The position numbers and the translations under genes were made by a program. From an uncultured Rheinheimera sp. (GTDB taxonomy: Bacteria; Pseudomonadota; Gammaproteobacteria; Enterobacterales; Alteromonadaceae): a stretch of DNA of 64,000 bases. The stretch lies in contig CAYTIQ010000003.1 of assembly GCA_964437935.1 (NCBI GenBank), forward strand, positions 35,920-99,919. The letters run 5' to 3'. The notes below the pieces were generated by a model. The model saw only the letters and a program-made list of their open reading frames with translations. It ran no database searches and was not told the origin of the DNA. Each line of letters begins with the position of its first letter. The stretch's first letter is position 1. Shown here piece by piece: positions 38,421 through 48,778 of the stretch.

Positions 38421-39779
38421 ATGCTCAAACAAGCCCGCCAGGCCGGCCAACAAGCCGGCCAGCGTTTATTAAAAAAACACCTACGGTTAGGGATCACCGG
38501 CTTAAGCGGTGCCGGTAAAACGGCCCTTATCACCAGCCTTGTGCATCAGCTGATGCGCCCTGATGCATCGACCACCCTGACTTTATGGCCACTTGCGCAC
38601 GAAGGGCGTTTGTTAGGTGCGCAAATATTGCCGCCCATGGATATTTCCCAACCGCGCTTTCCGTTTGAAGTCAACCAACAGCAACTTTTAGCAGGGGAGT
38701 GGCCCGCATCGACGACTGGCTACAGTCAGCTTTCATTAAAGATCCGGGTAAAACAAAGCCATTCGTTGCTCAAACACCTCAGCGATGTGCAGGAATTACA
38801 ACTGGATTTGATTGATTACCCGGGTGAGTGGTTACTCGATTTACCCATGTTGCAACAGGACTACAGCCGTTGGTCGCTCCAAAGCTGGCAACGTTTTGAA
38901 TTGCCCATTTATCAGGCGCTATCACAGCGGCTTCGTATCGATTTGGAGCTGATTTTACAACAAGGTTGTACTGAGCTTACGCTTGGTCAAGCCGTGCAAC
39001 GATACACCAGCTTTTTGCAGCAGCTGCGAAGCCAAAACGCGTTGATCTTGCAACCTGGTCGTTTGCTGCAACCAGGTCATTTACGCGATACACCGCTTTT
39101 AAATCTACTACCACTTCCAGATGATTTGCTTAAGCGTTACCCGGCGTGGGCGCAACGTTTACAGCAACAGTTTGAGAGTTATTGTGATCAAGTGATCTTG
39201 CCATTTTACCGCCAATATTTTGCTGGACTCGATCGGCAAATCGTGTTGGTGGACTGCCTGTCTGTGCTCAATCATGGCTATCAAAGTTTGGTGGAGTTAC
39301 AGCAAGCGCTTTTTCAGATCCAGCAACATTTTCATTATGGCCCACAGCGCTGGTGGCATCGTTTGTTTGCACCGCGCATCGATAAGGTCGCCATTGTTGC
39401 CAGTAAAGCGGATCAGTTAACCGTTGAACAGCATCGAAATTTGAGTCTGTTATTGCAACAGTTATTGCAGCAAAGCCAAGCACAACAAAAGTTCGATGGA
39501 TGTGAGTCCATGGTGTTAGTGGCAGCCAGTGTGATATGCAGTGAGCAAGGGCTGGTGGATACTCCACAGGGGCCACAGCCTTGCCTGCAGGGGATCGCCA
39601 AACAAAATAAACAGCGGATCACACTGTTTCCAGGCGATGTGCCGCTGTCAATGCCATCCGAAATTTTGTTTGAACATCATCAGTTCAACTTTCCAGAATT
39701 ACTGCCCAAAGGCAACGCAATTGATGCAATGCGCTTTGATCAACTTTTGCAATTTCTGCTTGGAGATCGTTTGCGATGA
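38421..39779 (+). CDS. ycjX: YcjX family P-loop ATPase
   Basis: GITGLSGAGKT, LDLIDYPGEWLLDL, RQIVLVD and ASKAD. Confidence 0.92.
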   Translation: MLKQARQAGQQAGQRLLKKHLRLGITGLSGAGKTALITSLVHQLMRPDASTTLTLWPLAHEGRLLGAQILPPMDISQPRFPFEVNQQQLLAGEWPASTTGYSQLSLKIRVKQSHSLLKHLSDVQELQLDLIDYPGEWLLDLPMLQQDYSRWSLQSWQRFELPIYQALSQRLRIDLELILQQGCTELTLGQAVQRYTSFLQQLRSQNALILQPGRLLQPGHLRDTPLLNLLPLPDDLLKRYPAWAQRLQQQFESYCDQVILPFYRQYFAGLDRQIVLVDCLSVLNHGYQSLVELQQALFQIQQHFHYGPQRWWHRLFAPRIDKVAIVASKADQLTVEQHRNLSLLLQQLLQQSQAQQKFDGCESMVLVAASVICSEQGLVDTPQGPQPCLQGIAKQNKQRITLFPGDVPLSMPSEILFEHHQFNFPELLPKGNAIDAMRFDQLLQFLLGDRLR

Positions 39780-40765
39780 GTGATTTAAAGCCTAGAGTGC
39801 AATTCAGCGCTTCGCAGTTTGCGCCGTTGAGCCCATCCGAAGACATGGCGCCGATAGCTCCCGCACAAGAATTCCCAGCCAGTGCCTTTGTGGCGCAAGA
39901 GCAAACGCAACCCGAGCCCGCAATCCTGAATGACCACGCCGTGAAGCCACTCTCTATCTGGGCGAAAGTACTGTTAATCAGCACCTTGGCCTATGCGACG
40001 ATTGAATGGGGGCTTTGGTGGTGGCAAAGTTTTGCTGAGCATTGGTTGCTGGGAAGTCTGGTGTCTGTCATCAGCCTTAGTGCGCTAGGCTGGCTTGGGC
40101 AGGGTTATTGGCGATTTCGGCGCAACCGACAGCATGTGGCAAAAGTTCATCAGCTGCGCGAGCGCTGGCGGGCGTGTCAAGTGCGCGCAGACAGCGATCT
40201 GTTGGTGCGTGATGTCGATATGCTGTTGCATCAGACATCTCAATCATCAGCACAAACCGCACCGAGCCATTTAGATGGCACAGAGCATTTATTGTGGTTA
40301 GAGCAAACCCGATTGCAACCGCTGGCTCGGCAAGTCGACACCATGGCCAACGAAGCTGCACTTCAGACTGGCGTTGCTGTGGCGTTAAGCCCTTTCGCGT
40401 TGGCGGATATGTTGATTGTTGCTTGGCGAAGTCAGCAATTAATCGCCCAAATTGCCAAGATCTATGGTGCAGAGCCTGACGCTTGGCTGCGCTTGAATTT
40501 GTTAAAACGTTTTATTGGCAATGCGGTGTTAAGTGGCAGTGCCGATATGATGTCCGACCTAGCGACAGATTTTCTAAGCGCTGAGCTTGCTGGGCGTTTA
40601 TCGGCCAAAGCAGGTCAAGGTGTGCTGGCCGCAGCCTTAATGCTCAAACTGGCTCACGCCTGTCAACGCGAGTTTTCGCCAGCGCCTAACGCCGAACTGC
40701 AAAAAGCCACGACGGGTGTTTTGCTGACAGAATTAGCCGCTCGACTCAGCAAAACTGCAAAGTAA
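39776..40765 (+). CDS. ycjF: YcjF (DUF697) family membrane protein
   Basis: VALSPFALADM...RLSAKAGQG; coupled to ycjX. Confidence 0.88.
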   Translation: MSDLKPRVQFSASQFAPLSPSEDMAPIAPAQEFPASAFVAQEQTQPEPAILNDHAVKPLSIWAKVLLISTLAYATIEWGLWWWQSFAEHWLLGSLVSVISLSALGWLGQGYWRFRRNRQHVAKVHQLRERWRACQVRADSDLLVRDVDMLLHQTSQSSAQTAPSHLDGTEHLLWLEQTRLQPLARQVDTMANEAALQTGVAVALSPFALADMLIVAWRSQQLIAQIAKIYGAEPDAWLRLNLLKRFIGNAVLSGSADMMSDLATDFLSAELAGRLSAKAGQGVLAAALMLKLAHACQREFSPAPNAELQKATTGVLLTELAARLSKTAK

Positions 40766-40773
40766 TATTTACA
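40756..40773. promoter_or_regulatory. TyrR-like box upstream of Met gamma-lyase
   Basis: TGCAAA-GTAATA-TTTACA (consensus TGTAAA-N6-TTTACA), overlapping the ycjF stop. Confidence 0.7.
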
Positions 40774-40900
40774 AAATCGACTGCTCCAGCCTGAGGTGTC
40801 AATTAAAACTTCAGGCGGAGAGATGTCTGTATGCCTTGTTCTGTTTATAACTAATTTGATGTGATTAGAAAAAAATCATCTTATCAACAGGCATTATCCT

Positions 40901-42157
40901 ATGAGCAGTAACCCAGTCGACAGCGCATGCGCCAGCATGCCAAGCAACACCGCTTCGCAAGACCATGGTGTCATGCACGCCGAAACCTTATGTGTCCACG
41001 CCGGAAAAGTACGAGATGCTCAATATGGCGCACTCGCTACACCGTTGTACCAAACATCAACTTTTGTGTTTGAAAACGCGGAACAAGGCGCCGCTCGTTT
41101 TGCTGGCGAAGAAGCAGGTTTTATTTACACGCGGTTAGGCAATCCAACCACGCGCGAGCTTGAATTAAAAGTCGCGGCACTCGAAGGAATGGAGGATGCG
41201 GCAGCCACCGCCACGGGGATGGGCGCGGTCTCCGCAGCAACCATGGCTTTTTTGCAGCAGGGCGATCACATGGTGTGCAGCAAGGCTGTCTATGGCTGTA
41301 GCTTTGCCTTGTTCCACCATATGTTTGCGCGTTATGGCATTGACGTCACCTTTGTCGATATGACTGACCATGCGGCGGTGCGCGCGGCCATTCAGCCTAA
41401 CACCAAAATGCTGTTTGCCGAGACACCGATTAATCCGAATTTAGTGGTGCTCGATTTGGCGTTTTTAGGGGCTTTGTGCCAAGAACACGGTATCAAATCG
41501 GTGATCGACAACACCTTCTTAACCCCCTTATTGCAGCGTCCGAAAGACTTCGGGCTCGATATTGTCATCCACAGTGCAACCAAGTATTTAAACGGCCACG
41601 GTGACGTTGTTGCGGGCATCATCTGTTCGGATGCTGATACCATTAAGACCATCAAATTAACCACGCTCAAAGACATGGGCGCTACGATAAGCCCGCATGA
41701 TGCGTGGCTGATTATCCGCGGCTTAAAAACCCTGTCCGTACGGATGGAGCGTCATTGCAGCAATGCGCAAAAAGTCGCTGAATTCTTAAACGAACACCCG
41801 GCTGTTGCAACCGTATATTACCCTGGCTTACCCAATCATGCGGGTTATAAATTCATTGGTAAGCAGATGAAAGCGGCCGGTGGTGTGTTGGCATTTGAAC
41901 TCAAAGGCACCTTAGATGACGGTCGTTATTTCATCAACCAATGTCAGTTGTTAAGCCTTGCGGTGTCGCTTGGTGATGCGGAATCGCTGATCCAGCATCC
42001 CGCGTCCATGACGCATAGTCCGTACAGTCCGGAAGAGCGTCGTGCTGCGGGGATCAGTGATGGCTTGATCCGCATATCGGTGGGTTTAGAACATGTGGAT
42101 GACATCATCGCAGACCTGCAACAAGCCTTGGTAAAGATGCAGTTACAGCAGAAATAG
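40901..42157 (+). CDS. megL: Methionine gamma-lyase (PLP trans-sulfuration family)
   Basis: PLYQTSTF, YTRLGNPT, SATKYLNGHGD (PLP Lys) and AVSLGD. Confidence 0.85.
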   Translation: MSSNPVDSACASMPSNTASQDHGVMHAETLCVHAGKVRDAQYGALATPLYQTSTFVFENAEQGAARFAGEEAGFIYTRLGNPTTRELELKVAALEGMEDAAATATGMGAVSAATMAFLQQGDHMVCSKAVYGCSFALFHHMFARYGIDVTFVDMTDHAAVRAAIQPNTKMLFAETPINPNLVVLDLAFLGALCQEHGIKSVIDNTFLTPLLQRPKDFGLDIVIHSATKYLNGHGDVVAGIICSDADTIKTIKLTTLKDMGATISPHDAWLIIRGLKTLSVRMERHCSNAQKVAEFLNEHPAVATVYYPGLPNHAGYKFIGKQMKAAGGVLAFELKGTLDDGRYFINQCQLLSLAVSLGDAESLIQHPASMTHSPYSPEERRAAGISDGLIRISVGLEHVDDIIADLQQALVKMQLQQK

Positions 42158-42198
42158 TCTCTTAATATCAATCACATGGATAGTAATCGCTACTGGCG

Positions 42199-42216
42199 TG
42201 TAACTAAAGTTTTACA
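42199..42216. promoter_or_regulatory. TyrR-like box upstream of phhA
   Basis: TGTAAC-TAAAGT-TTTACA. Confidence 0.8.
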
Positions 42217-42334
42217 GTTAAAAACCAATAAAATTGGCCTGTTGAGTTAACAGGCCAAGTTCAAATCGTTAGCATGCGCCCATCTGCCCCAAAGCAAAAA
42301 CTATCAGGGCAAGCCAAATTCACAGGAATTTTAG

Positions 42335-43126
42335 ATGACAACCTACGTATCCAAACAATCGGATGCCAATGGCTTTATTCATTGGACTGACGATGAAAAC
42401 CAAATTTGGTCTGAGTTGATGCAACGCCAACTGGCATGCATCCAGGGCAAAGCCTGTAACGAATATCATGACGGCCTAAAAAAGCTGAATTTACCCACAG
42501 ATCGCATCCCGCAATTGGCTGAACTGAACAAAGTGCTGCTAGAAACCACCGGCTGGCAAGTGGCTGAAGTGCCAGCGCTGATTAATTTTGATAAGTTTTT
42601 CCAGTTGCTGGCGGATAAAAAATTTCCGGTCGCGACGTTTATCAGAAGCCGCGAAGAATTTGATTACCTGCAAGAGCCGGATGTCTTTCACGAGATTTTT
42701 GGTCACTGCGCCATGCTAACCAACCCTGATTTTGCTGCGTTTACTCATGCGTATGGCAAGCTTGGATTAACCGCCAGCAAAGAAGACCGCGTGTATTTAG
42801 CGCGTCTTTACTGGTTCACGGTGGAGTTTGGTCTGCTGGATACGCCCGAAGGCCTGCGCATTTATGGTGGCGGTATTTTATCCTCGCCAGGCGAGACGCA
42901 ATATGCCATGCACTCCGACGTGCCAGAACGTAAAGTGTTGGATGTGGTGGATGTACTGCGCACGCCGTATCGCATCGATATTATGCAGCCAATTTACTTC
43001 CGCATTCAAAGCATCCGTCAGCTGTTTGACATTGCGCAAATGGATTTAATGGCGTTGGTGCAACAAGCGAAAGCGCTTGGCTTACACGCACCGAAGTTTC
43101 CGCCAAAACAGAAAAAAGCATCGTAA
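42335..43126 (+). CDS. phhA: Phenylalanine 4-monooxygenase
   Basis: QEPDVFHEIFGHCAML and YWFTVEFG; Fe ligands His-His-Glu present. Confidence 0.96.
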   Translation: MTTYVSKQSDANGFIHWTDDENQIWSELMQRQLACIQGKACNEYHDGLKKLNLPTDRIPQLAELNKVLLETTGWQVAEVPALINFDKFFQLLADKKFPVATFIRSREEFDYLQEPDVFHEIFGHCAMLTNPDFAAFTHAYGKLGLTASKEDRVYLARLYWFTVEFGLLDTPEGLRIYGGGILSSPGETQYAMHSDVPERKVLDVVDVLRTPYRIDIMQPIYFRIQSIRQLFDIAQMDLMALVQQAKALGLHAPKFPPKQKKAS

Positions 43127-43141
43127 ATTACAGGAAAAACC

Positions 43142-43480
43142 ATGTCTGAGTTAACCGCCTTAAAATGTGAAGCGTGCCGTGCTGATGCACCACGAGTGTC
43201 TGATGACGAATTGCCAGAGTTGATGCGCATGATCCCAGATTGGACGCCGGTCGTTCGGGATGGCATTTTGCAACTTGAGCGTGAGTTCAAGTTCAAGAAC
43301 TTCAAATTAGCCTGGGCTTTTCATCAGAAAGTCGCCGAAATGGCTGAAGACGAAGGCCATCACCCAGCCTTGTTGCTGGAGTGGGGTAAATTGACCGTGA
43401 CTTGGTGGTCGCATTCGATTAAAGGCTTGCACAAAAACGATTTTATCTGCGCCGCGAAAACGGATGCGTTGTTAGGCTAA
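43142..43480 (+). CDS. phhB: Pterin-4a-carbinolamine dehydratase
   Basis: [14 protein letters not shown] and [10 protein letters not shown]. Confidence 0.95.
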   Translation: MSELTALKCEACRADAPRVSDDELPELMRMIPDWTPVVRDGILQLEREFKFKNFKLAWAFHQKVAEMAEDEGHHPALLLEWGKLTVTWWSHSIKGLHKNDFICAAKTDALLG

Positions 43481-43497
43481 GCCAAATACAACATGAC

Positions 43498-43524
43498 AAA
43501 GAAGCTGCCTCGGCAGCTTTTTTT
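43498..43524 (+). terminator. phhAB terminator
   Basis: AAGCTGC-CTCG-GCAGCTT followed by a T-tract. Confidence 0.85.
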
Positions 43525-43562
43525 ATTTACGTCCAGCTAGAATTGGATGAAAAATCGGGATT

Positions 43563-43580
43563 TGTTCATAATAGTTTACA
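43563..43580. promoter_or_regulatory. TyrR-like box upstream of tyrR (possible autoregulation)
   Basis: TGTTCA-TAATAG-TTTACA. Confidence 0.6.
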
Positions 43581-43650
43581 AAAGTGCTGGGCTAACAGGC
43601 GTTGCTTACCGTATGATGGCGACAACCCCCGTTTGATAGGACACGTTACG

Positions 43651-45213
43651 ATGCGTCTTGAAATCCATTGCCAGGACCGGTTGGGTATCGCTCAAGAAGT
43701 CCTGAATATCCTTGTTAGTTATCGGATCGACTTACGCGGTATTGAAGTCGACCCAAGTCTAGGCCGCATGTTTGTGGCATTTCCCAGTGTTGATTTTGAA
43801 CGTTTTCAAGAGCTTATGGCGAAGATTCGCCGCATCCCCGGCGTTGATGATGTCAAAACGACCGCCTTTATGCCATCGGAACGTGAACACAACGAACTGA
43901 CCACGTTATTAAGCACCTTACCCGATGGTGTGATAGCGATTGATACCAAAAGTGTGGTGACGGTGGTCAATGACGCGGCGTTAGAAGCCATGGCGTTGAC
44001 GCGAGCCGACGTTGCGGGGCAGCCATTATCTCCAATTGTCAAAGGCTTTAACTTCGCGCGTTGGCTCGAAGGCGACGATGTACTGGCGCAAACCAGAAAA
44101 ATTGAGATCCACGGCAAACGCTTTATCGCCGATATTTTGCCGGTGAATGTGCCTGCCGATGGCGGTCGCGAAATTTTGGCAGGGGCTGTGATCAACTTAA
44201 AATCTGAAAGTCGGCTGGGCGAGCAAATGGTTGCCTTTAAAAAGGGCGACAGCGAAAGCTTTAACAGCATGCAGGCAAGTTCTAACATGATGCGTCGAGT
44301 GATCCGTGAAGCGAAGAAGATGGCGCAGCTGGATGCTCCTATCTTGATCACCGGCGAAACTGGCACTGGCAAAGAGTTGCTGGCACGCGCTTGTCATGGT
44401 GCAAGTAGCCGCACCGGCAAACCGTTTTTGGCAGTGAACTGTGCGGCACTGCCGGATAACGTGGCCGAGTCAGAATTATTTGGTTATGGCCCGAATGCAT
44501 TTCCTGGCACAGTCGAAGGCAAAAAAGGCATTTTTGAACAAGCCAACAAAGGGACTGTGTTCCTTGATGAGATTGGCGAGATGTCGCGTGACATTCAAAC
44601 CAAGCTGCTGCGATTTTTACAAGATGGCAGTTTCCGCCGTGTCGCCGACGAAAACGAGGTGAAAGTTGATGTGCGCGTTATTTGCACCACGCAAAAAGAC
44701 TTGCCTGCCATGGTGCAAGAAGGGCGCTTTCGCGAGGATTTGTATTACCGCTTGAATGTGTTGACGTTGGCGTTGCCGCCGCTAAGGGAACGTAAACAAG
44801 ATGTATTGCCGCTGGCTGACTTTTTTATCGGTCGTTTGTCCGCACGCCTTGGCCGCAAACCACCGCGGTTGACCGAGACGTGCGCGGCGTTTATTCAACA
44901 ATACCCATGGCCTGGTAATGTGCGTCAGTTAGAAAACGCCTTGTATCGTGCGGTCACCTTGCTAGAAGGCAATGAGCTGGATAAAGAACACTTGCAGTTA
45001 CCCAGTTACACCAATGACTTTGGTTACCTTGAGCAAGACTTTGACGGCACTTTGGATGAAGCGGTGAAACGCTTTGAAGCGAGTTTATTGCGCAAACTAT
45101 TTCCGGCCTATCCAAGTTCGCGTCAGCTCGCGAAAAAACTGGGCTTAAGCCATACAGCGGTCGCAAATAAATTGCGAGAATATGGTATCAACCGCAAGAG
45201 CGTAAAAATTTAA
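43651..45213 (+). CDS. tyrR: Transcriptional regulator TyrR/PhhR
   Basis: MRLEIHCQDRLG ACT domain, PAS, AAA+ domain lacking GAFTGA (PNAFPGT), HTH LGLSHTAVANKLREYG. Confidence 0.93.
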   Translation: MRLEIHCQDRLGIAQEVLNILVSYRIDLRGIEVDPSLGRMFVAFPSVDFERFQELMAKIRRIPGVDDVKTTAFMPSEREHNELTTLLSTLPDGVIAIDTKSVVTVVNDAALEAMALTRADVAGQPLSPIVKGFNFARWLEGDDVLAQTRKIEIHGKRFIADILPVNVPADGGREILAGAVINLKSESRLGEQMVAFKKGDSESFNSMQASSNMMRRVIREAKKMAQLDAPILITGETGTGKELLARACHGASSRTGKPFLAVNCAALPDNVAESELFGYGPNAFPGTVEGKKGIFEQANKGTVFLDEIGEMSRDIQTKLLRFLQDGSFRRVADENEVKVDVRVICTTQKDLPAMVQEGRFREDLYYRLNVLTLALPPLRERKQDVLPLADFFIGRLSARLGRKPPRLTETCAAFIQQYPWPGNVRQLENALYRAVTLLEGNELDKEHLQLPSYTNDFGYLEQDFDGTLDEAVKRFEASLLRKLFPAYPSSRQLAKKLGLSHTAVANKLREYGINRKSVKI

Positions 45214-45242
45214 ATACGCTTTGTGCCTGTATCGTTACATTC

Positions 45243-45275
45243 AAAACGCCATTTCAGCCCTGAAATGGCGTTTTT
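45243..45275 (+). terminator. tyrR terminator
   Basis: AAAACGCCATTTCA/TGAAATGGCGTTTT 14-bp stem. Confidence 0.85.
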
Positions 45276-45303
45276 GGTTTTGAAATCGGTAAAACTGCTA
45301 AAC

Positions 45304-45321
45304 TGTATTCGAAGCTTTACA
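45304..45321. promoter_or_regulatory. TyrR-like box upstream of hppD
   Basis: TGTATT-CGAAGC-TTTACA. Confidence 0.6.
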
Positions 45322-45429
45322 AAACAGCTGTAGCGGCCTGTTAATGCCGTGTGAAGCCCAAATCTTCCAATTTCTGCTAGACGCGGCAAGATAGCGCCAA
45401 TCCAACCCCCTTATCTTGGAGCTATTTGC

Positions 45430-46503
45430 ATGTTTGATCCAATCAACCCACTGGGTACCGACGGTTTTGAATTCGTGGAATACACGGCTGCTGATGCAGA
45501 CGGTATCGCAAAATTAAAAGATTTATTTCAATCACTTGGTTTTGCTGAAGTGGCAAAACACCGCTCCAAAGAAGCTTGGTTATTCAAACAAGGCGACATC
45601 AACTTTATCGTCAATGGTGAACCAAACTCACAAGCCGAAGCCTTTGCCCGCGAGCATGGCCCAAGTGTCTGCGCCATGGCGTTTCGCGTGAAAGATGCGG
45701 CAGAAGCGCTCAAGCACGCCGTGGCCAATGGCGCCAAAGAATATAAAAACCAAATCGGCCCGATGGAGCTGAACATTCCAGCGGTATACGGCATTGGTTC
45801 AAGCCTGTTGTATTTTGTTGACCGTTACGGCCAAAGCTCTATTTATGATGTCGACTTTAAGTTCTACGATAACTTCGAGCAGTTAATTGCCGAGAAATCA
45901 GTGGGTTTGGAAGTGCTGGACCACTTAACGCACAACGTCAAACGCGGCAATATGAACGTCTGGGCTGGTTTTTACGAGAAGATCGGTAACTTCCGCGAAA
46001 TTCGTTATTTCGATATCGAAGGCAAGTTAACAGGCTTAGTGTCACGCGCTATGACAGCGCCATGCGGCAAAATTCGTATTCCAATCAATGAATCTTCCGA
46101 TGATAAATCACAAATCGAAGAATTTATCCGCGAATACAAAGGTGAGGGGATCCAGCATATCGCGCTGACCACGGAAGACATCTATGAAACAGTGCGGACC
46201 CTGCGCAGCCGCGGTATGGACTTTATGCCGACGCCAGACACTTACTACAACAAAGTAGACACCCGCGTACCAGGCCACGGCGAAGACTTAGACGCACTGC
46301 GCGAACTGCGTGTGTTGATCGACGGTGCACCAGAAAAAGACGGCATTTTGCTGCAGATCTTCACCAAAACTGTGATTGGTCCAGTATTCTTTGAAATCAT
46401 CCAACGTAAAGGCAACGAAGGTTTCGGTGAAGGTAACTTCAAAGCCTTGTTTGAATCGATTGAAGAAGATCAAATCCGTCGCGGAGTATTAGCCGATGCG
46501 TAA
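45430..46503 (+). CDS. hppD: 4-hydroxyphenylpyruvate dioxygenase
   Basis: NPLGTDGFEFVE, DHLTHN, GIQHIA and FFEIIQRKG. Confidence 0.97.
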   Translation: MFDPINPLGTDGFEFVEYTAADADGIAKLKDLFQSLGFAEVAKHRSKEAWLFKQGDINFIVNGEPNSQAEAFAREHGPSVCAMAFRVKDAAEALKHAVANGAKEYKNQIGPMELNIPAVYGIGSSLLYFVDRYGQSSIYDVDFKFYDNFEQLIAEKSVGLEVLDHLTHNVKRGNMNVWAGFYEKIGNFREIRYFDIEGKLTGLVSRAMTAPCGKIRIPINESSDDKSQIEEFIREYKGEGIQHIALTTEDIYETVRTLRSRGMDFMPTPDTYYNKVDTRVPGHGEDLDALRELRVLIDGAPEKDGILLQIFTKTVIGPVFFEIIQRKGNEGFGEGNFKALFESIEEDQIRRGVLADA

Positions 46504-47638
46504 ATGGGCGTCTTTCCCGCTGCGAGAAGGCGATGTGTCGCGTCAAGCGCATGCCGACTTCCCAGACCAAGCAATTTATGAACGTGAAACTGGTCGTAGT
46601 GGCTTTTTTGGCCCAGCGAGCCATTTCCATCACACCCATGCGCCAACTGGCTGGAGTGATTGGCAAGGCCCGCTGCGTCCGCGGTTGTTTAACTTTAATA
46701 ACATTGAGCAAGACCGCGCGCAATCGCCTTGGGCCGTGCCGCTGCTGCTGTCCAATGCGCACTGCAAAATGCGCACCTGGCGCCTTGACAGCTCAATGGA
46801 CTTTTTAGTCCGAAACGCCGACGGTGATGAGCTGCTGTTTATTCATGAAGGCGCGGCTGAGCTTTATTGTGACTATGGTCACCTGACGCTGCGTGATGGC
46901 GACTACGTGGTGATCCCACGTTCAACCAGCTGGCGCTTAGAGATCAGCGCGCCGATTTTCGTGTTGTTGATTGAAGCCACCAATGATTCGTACCAGTTGC
47001 CGGAAAAAGGCTTGGTTGGTAATCATGCGATTTTTGACCCAGCCATGCTGGATACGCCAAAAATCGATGAGGCGTTTAAGGCACAATACAGTGAAAACGA
47101 GACACAAGTGCAGGTCAAACGCCATGGCCAAGTGTCCGTGATCACCTATCCATACAACCCACTGGACGCAATTGGCTGGCACGGTGATTTAGCGGTGATG
47201 CGGATCAACTGGCGCGATATTCGCCCACTGATGAGCCATCGTTACCATTTACCACCGTCTGCGCACACGACGTTTGTTGCGACGCGGTTTGTGGTCTGTA
47301 CCTTTGTGCCGCGGCCGATTGAAAGTGACCCGGGCGCATTAAAAGTGCCGTTTTATCACAACAACGACGATTACGATGAAGTGCTGTTCTACCATGCTGG
47401 CGATTTTTTCAGCCGCGACAATATCGAACGTGGCATGGTGACGTTCCATCCCGCAGGCTTTACTCATGGACCGCATCCAAAGGCGTTCCAAGCCGGTCGT
47501 GAGTATAAAAAGAAATTCACCGACGAAGTGGCGGTGATGCTGGATACCCGTGACGCGCTCGAAATGGGGCCGGCGGCACTAGCCACGGAAAACCCAGAGT
47601 ACGTCAACAGCTGGAAAGTAAAACCGGTTCAAGGCTAA
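46496..47638 (+). CDS. hmgA: Homogentisate 1,2-dioxygenase (short type)
   Basis: NADGDELLF, GWHG, HLPPSAH, PFYHNNDDYDE and HGPHP. Confidence 0.9.
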   Translation: MRKWASFPLREGDVSRQAHADFPDQAIYERETGRSGFFGPASHFHHTHAPTGWSDWQGPLRPRLFNFNNIEQDRAQSPWAVPLLLSNAHCKMRTWRLDSSMDFLVRNADGDELLFIHEGAAELYCDYGHLTLRDGDYVVIPRSTSWRLEISAPIFVLLIEATNDSYQLPEKGLVGNHAIFDPAMLDTPKIDEAFKAQYSENETQVQVKRHGQVSVITYPYNPLDAIGWHGDLAVMRINWRDIRPLMSHRYHLPPSAHTTFVATRFVVCTFVPRPIESDPGALKVPFYHNNDDYDEVLFYHAGDFFSRDNIERGMVTFHPAGFTHGPHPKAFQAGREYKKKFTDEVAVMLDTRDALEMGPAALATENPEYVNSWKVKPVQG

Positions 47639-47716
47639 CGACGCAATTGTCGAAAGCTGTGTCCCAGTGCGGCCATGTCGCACTGGTAACTCAATGATTT
47701 GTGCAGGAATAAACTG

Positions 47717-48733
47717 ATGAAATTAGCGACCTACAAAAATGGCAGCCGTGATGGCCAGTTGGTGGTAGTCAGCCGTGATTTAAGCAAAGCCGTGGCCGTG
47801 CCGCAGATTGCCGCTACACTGCAATCTGCGCTGGATCACTGGAGCGTAGCTGCGCCGGCGCTTTTAGAAGTCTACCGTGGTTTAAACCAAGGTTCAGTGC
47901 AAGGTGAGTTTGCCTTTGACCAAGCCGCTTGTGAATCACCATTGCCACGTGCCTATCAATGGGCCGACGGCAGCGCGTACGTCAACCACGTGGAATTAGT
48001 GCGTAAAGCGCGTAATTCAGAAATGCCACCAAGTTTTTGGACGGACCCACTGATGTATCAAGGTGGCTCAGATGATTTTATCGGCCCACGCGATAACATC
48101 GACGTGGTCAGCGAAGATTACGGTATTGATTTTGAAGGTGAAGTTGCTGTGATCACTGGCGATGTGCCAATGGCGGTATCTGCTGAAGCGGCGCGTTCGC
48201 ATATTCGTTTAGTCATGCTGGTTAACGACGTCTCGCTGCGTGGTTTGATCCCAAATGAACTGGCGAAAGGCTTTGGTTTCTTCCAATCCAAACCGGCATC
48301 TGCGTTCTCGCCAGTGGCGGTAACGCCAGATGAGTTGGGTACGCATTGGCACGATGCCAAGCTGCATTTGCCACTGGTGTCGCATTTAAACGGCAAGTTG
48401 TTTGGTAAGCCAAATGCCGGCGTTGATATGACCTTTGACTTTGGTCAGCTGGTGGCACACGCCGCGAAAACCCGCAACTTAGGCGCAGGCGCCATCATCG
48501 GTTCAGGCACAGTGTCGAACAAACAAGGCACTGACTATGGTACCTCGATTGACGAAGGTGGCTTAGGCTACTCGTGTATCGCCGAAGTGCGGATGATTGA
48601 AACCATTCGCGATGGCGCGCCGAAAACGTCGTTTATGAAGTTTGGCGACCGTATTCGCATTGAAGTATTGGACGATGAGGGCCACAGCGTGTTTGGTGCA
48701 ATCGACCAACAGGTTGTAAAATACCAAGCCTAA
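47717..48733 (+). CDS. Fumarylacetoacetate hydrolase family protein
   Basis: LPRAYQWADGSAY, DFEGE, VNDVSLR and IGSGTVSN; homogentisate pathway context. Confidence 0.88.
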   Translation: MKLATYKNGSRDGQLVVVSRDLSKAVAVPQIAATLQSALDHWSVAAPALLEVYRGLNQGSVQGEFAFDQAACESPLPRAYQWADGSAYVNHVELVRKARNSEMPPSFWTDPLMYQGGSDDFIGPRDNIDVVSEDYGIDFEGEVAVITGDVPMAVSAEAARSHIRLVMLVNDVSLRGLIPNELAKGFGFFQSKPASAFSPVAVTPDELGTHWHDAKLHLPLVSHLNGKLFGKPNAGVDMTFDFGQLVAHAAKTRNLGAGAIIGSGTVSNKQGTDYGTSIDEGGLGYSCIAEVRMIETIRDGAPKTSFMKFGDRIRIEVLDDEGHSVFGAIDQQVVKYQA

Positions 48734-48740
48734 TCTGTTG

Positions 48741-48766
48741 AAAAGCCAGCGAAAGCTGGCTTTTTT
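48741..48766 (+). terminator. Intra-operon terminator between the FAH gene and maiA
   Basis: AAAAGCCAGC-GAAA-GCTGGCTTTTTT. Confidence 0.8.
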
Positions 48767-48778
48767 AATCAAGGAATT

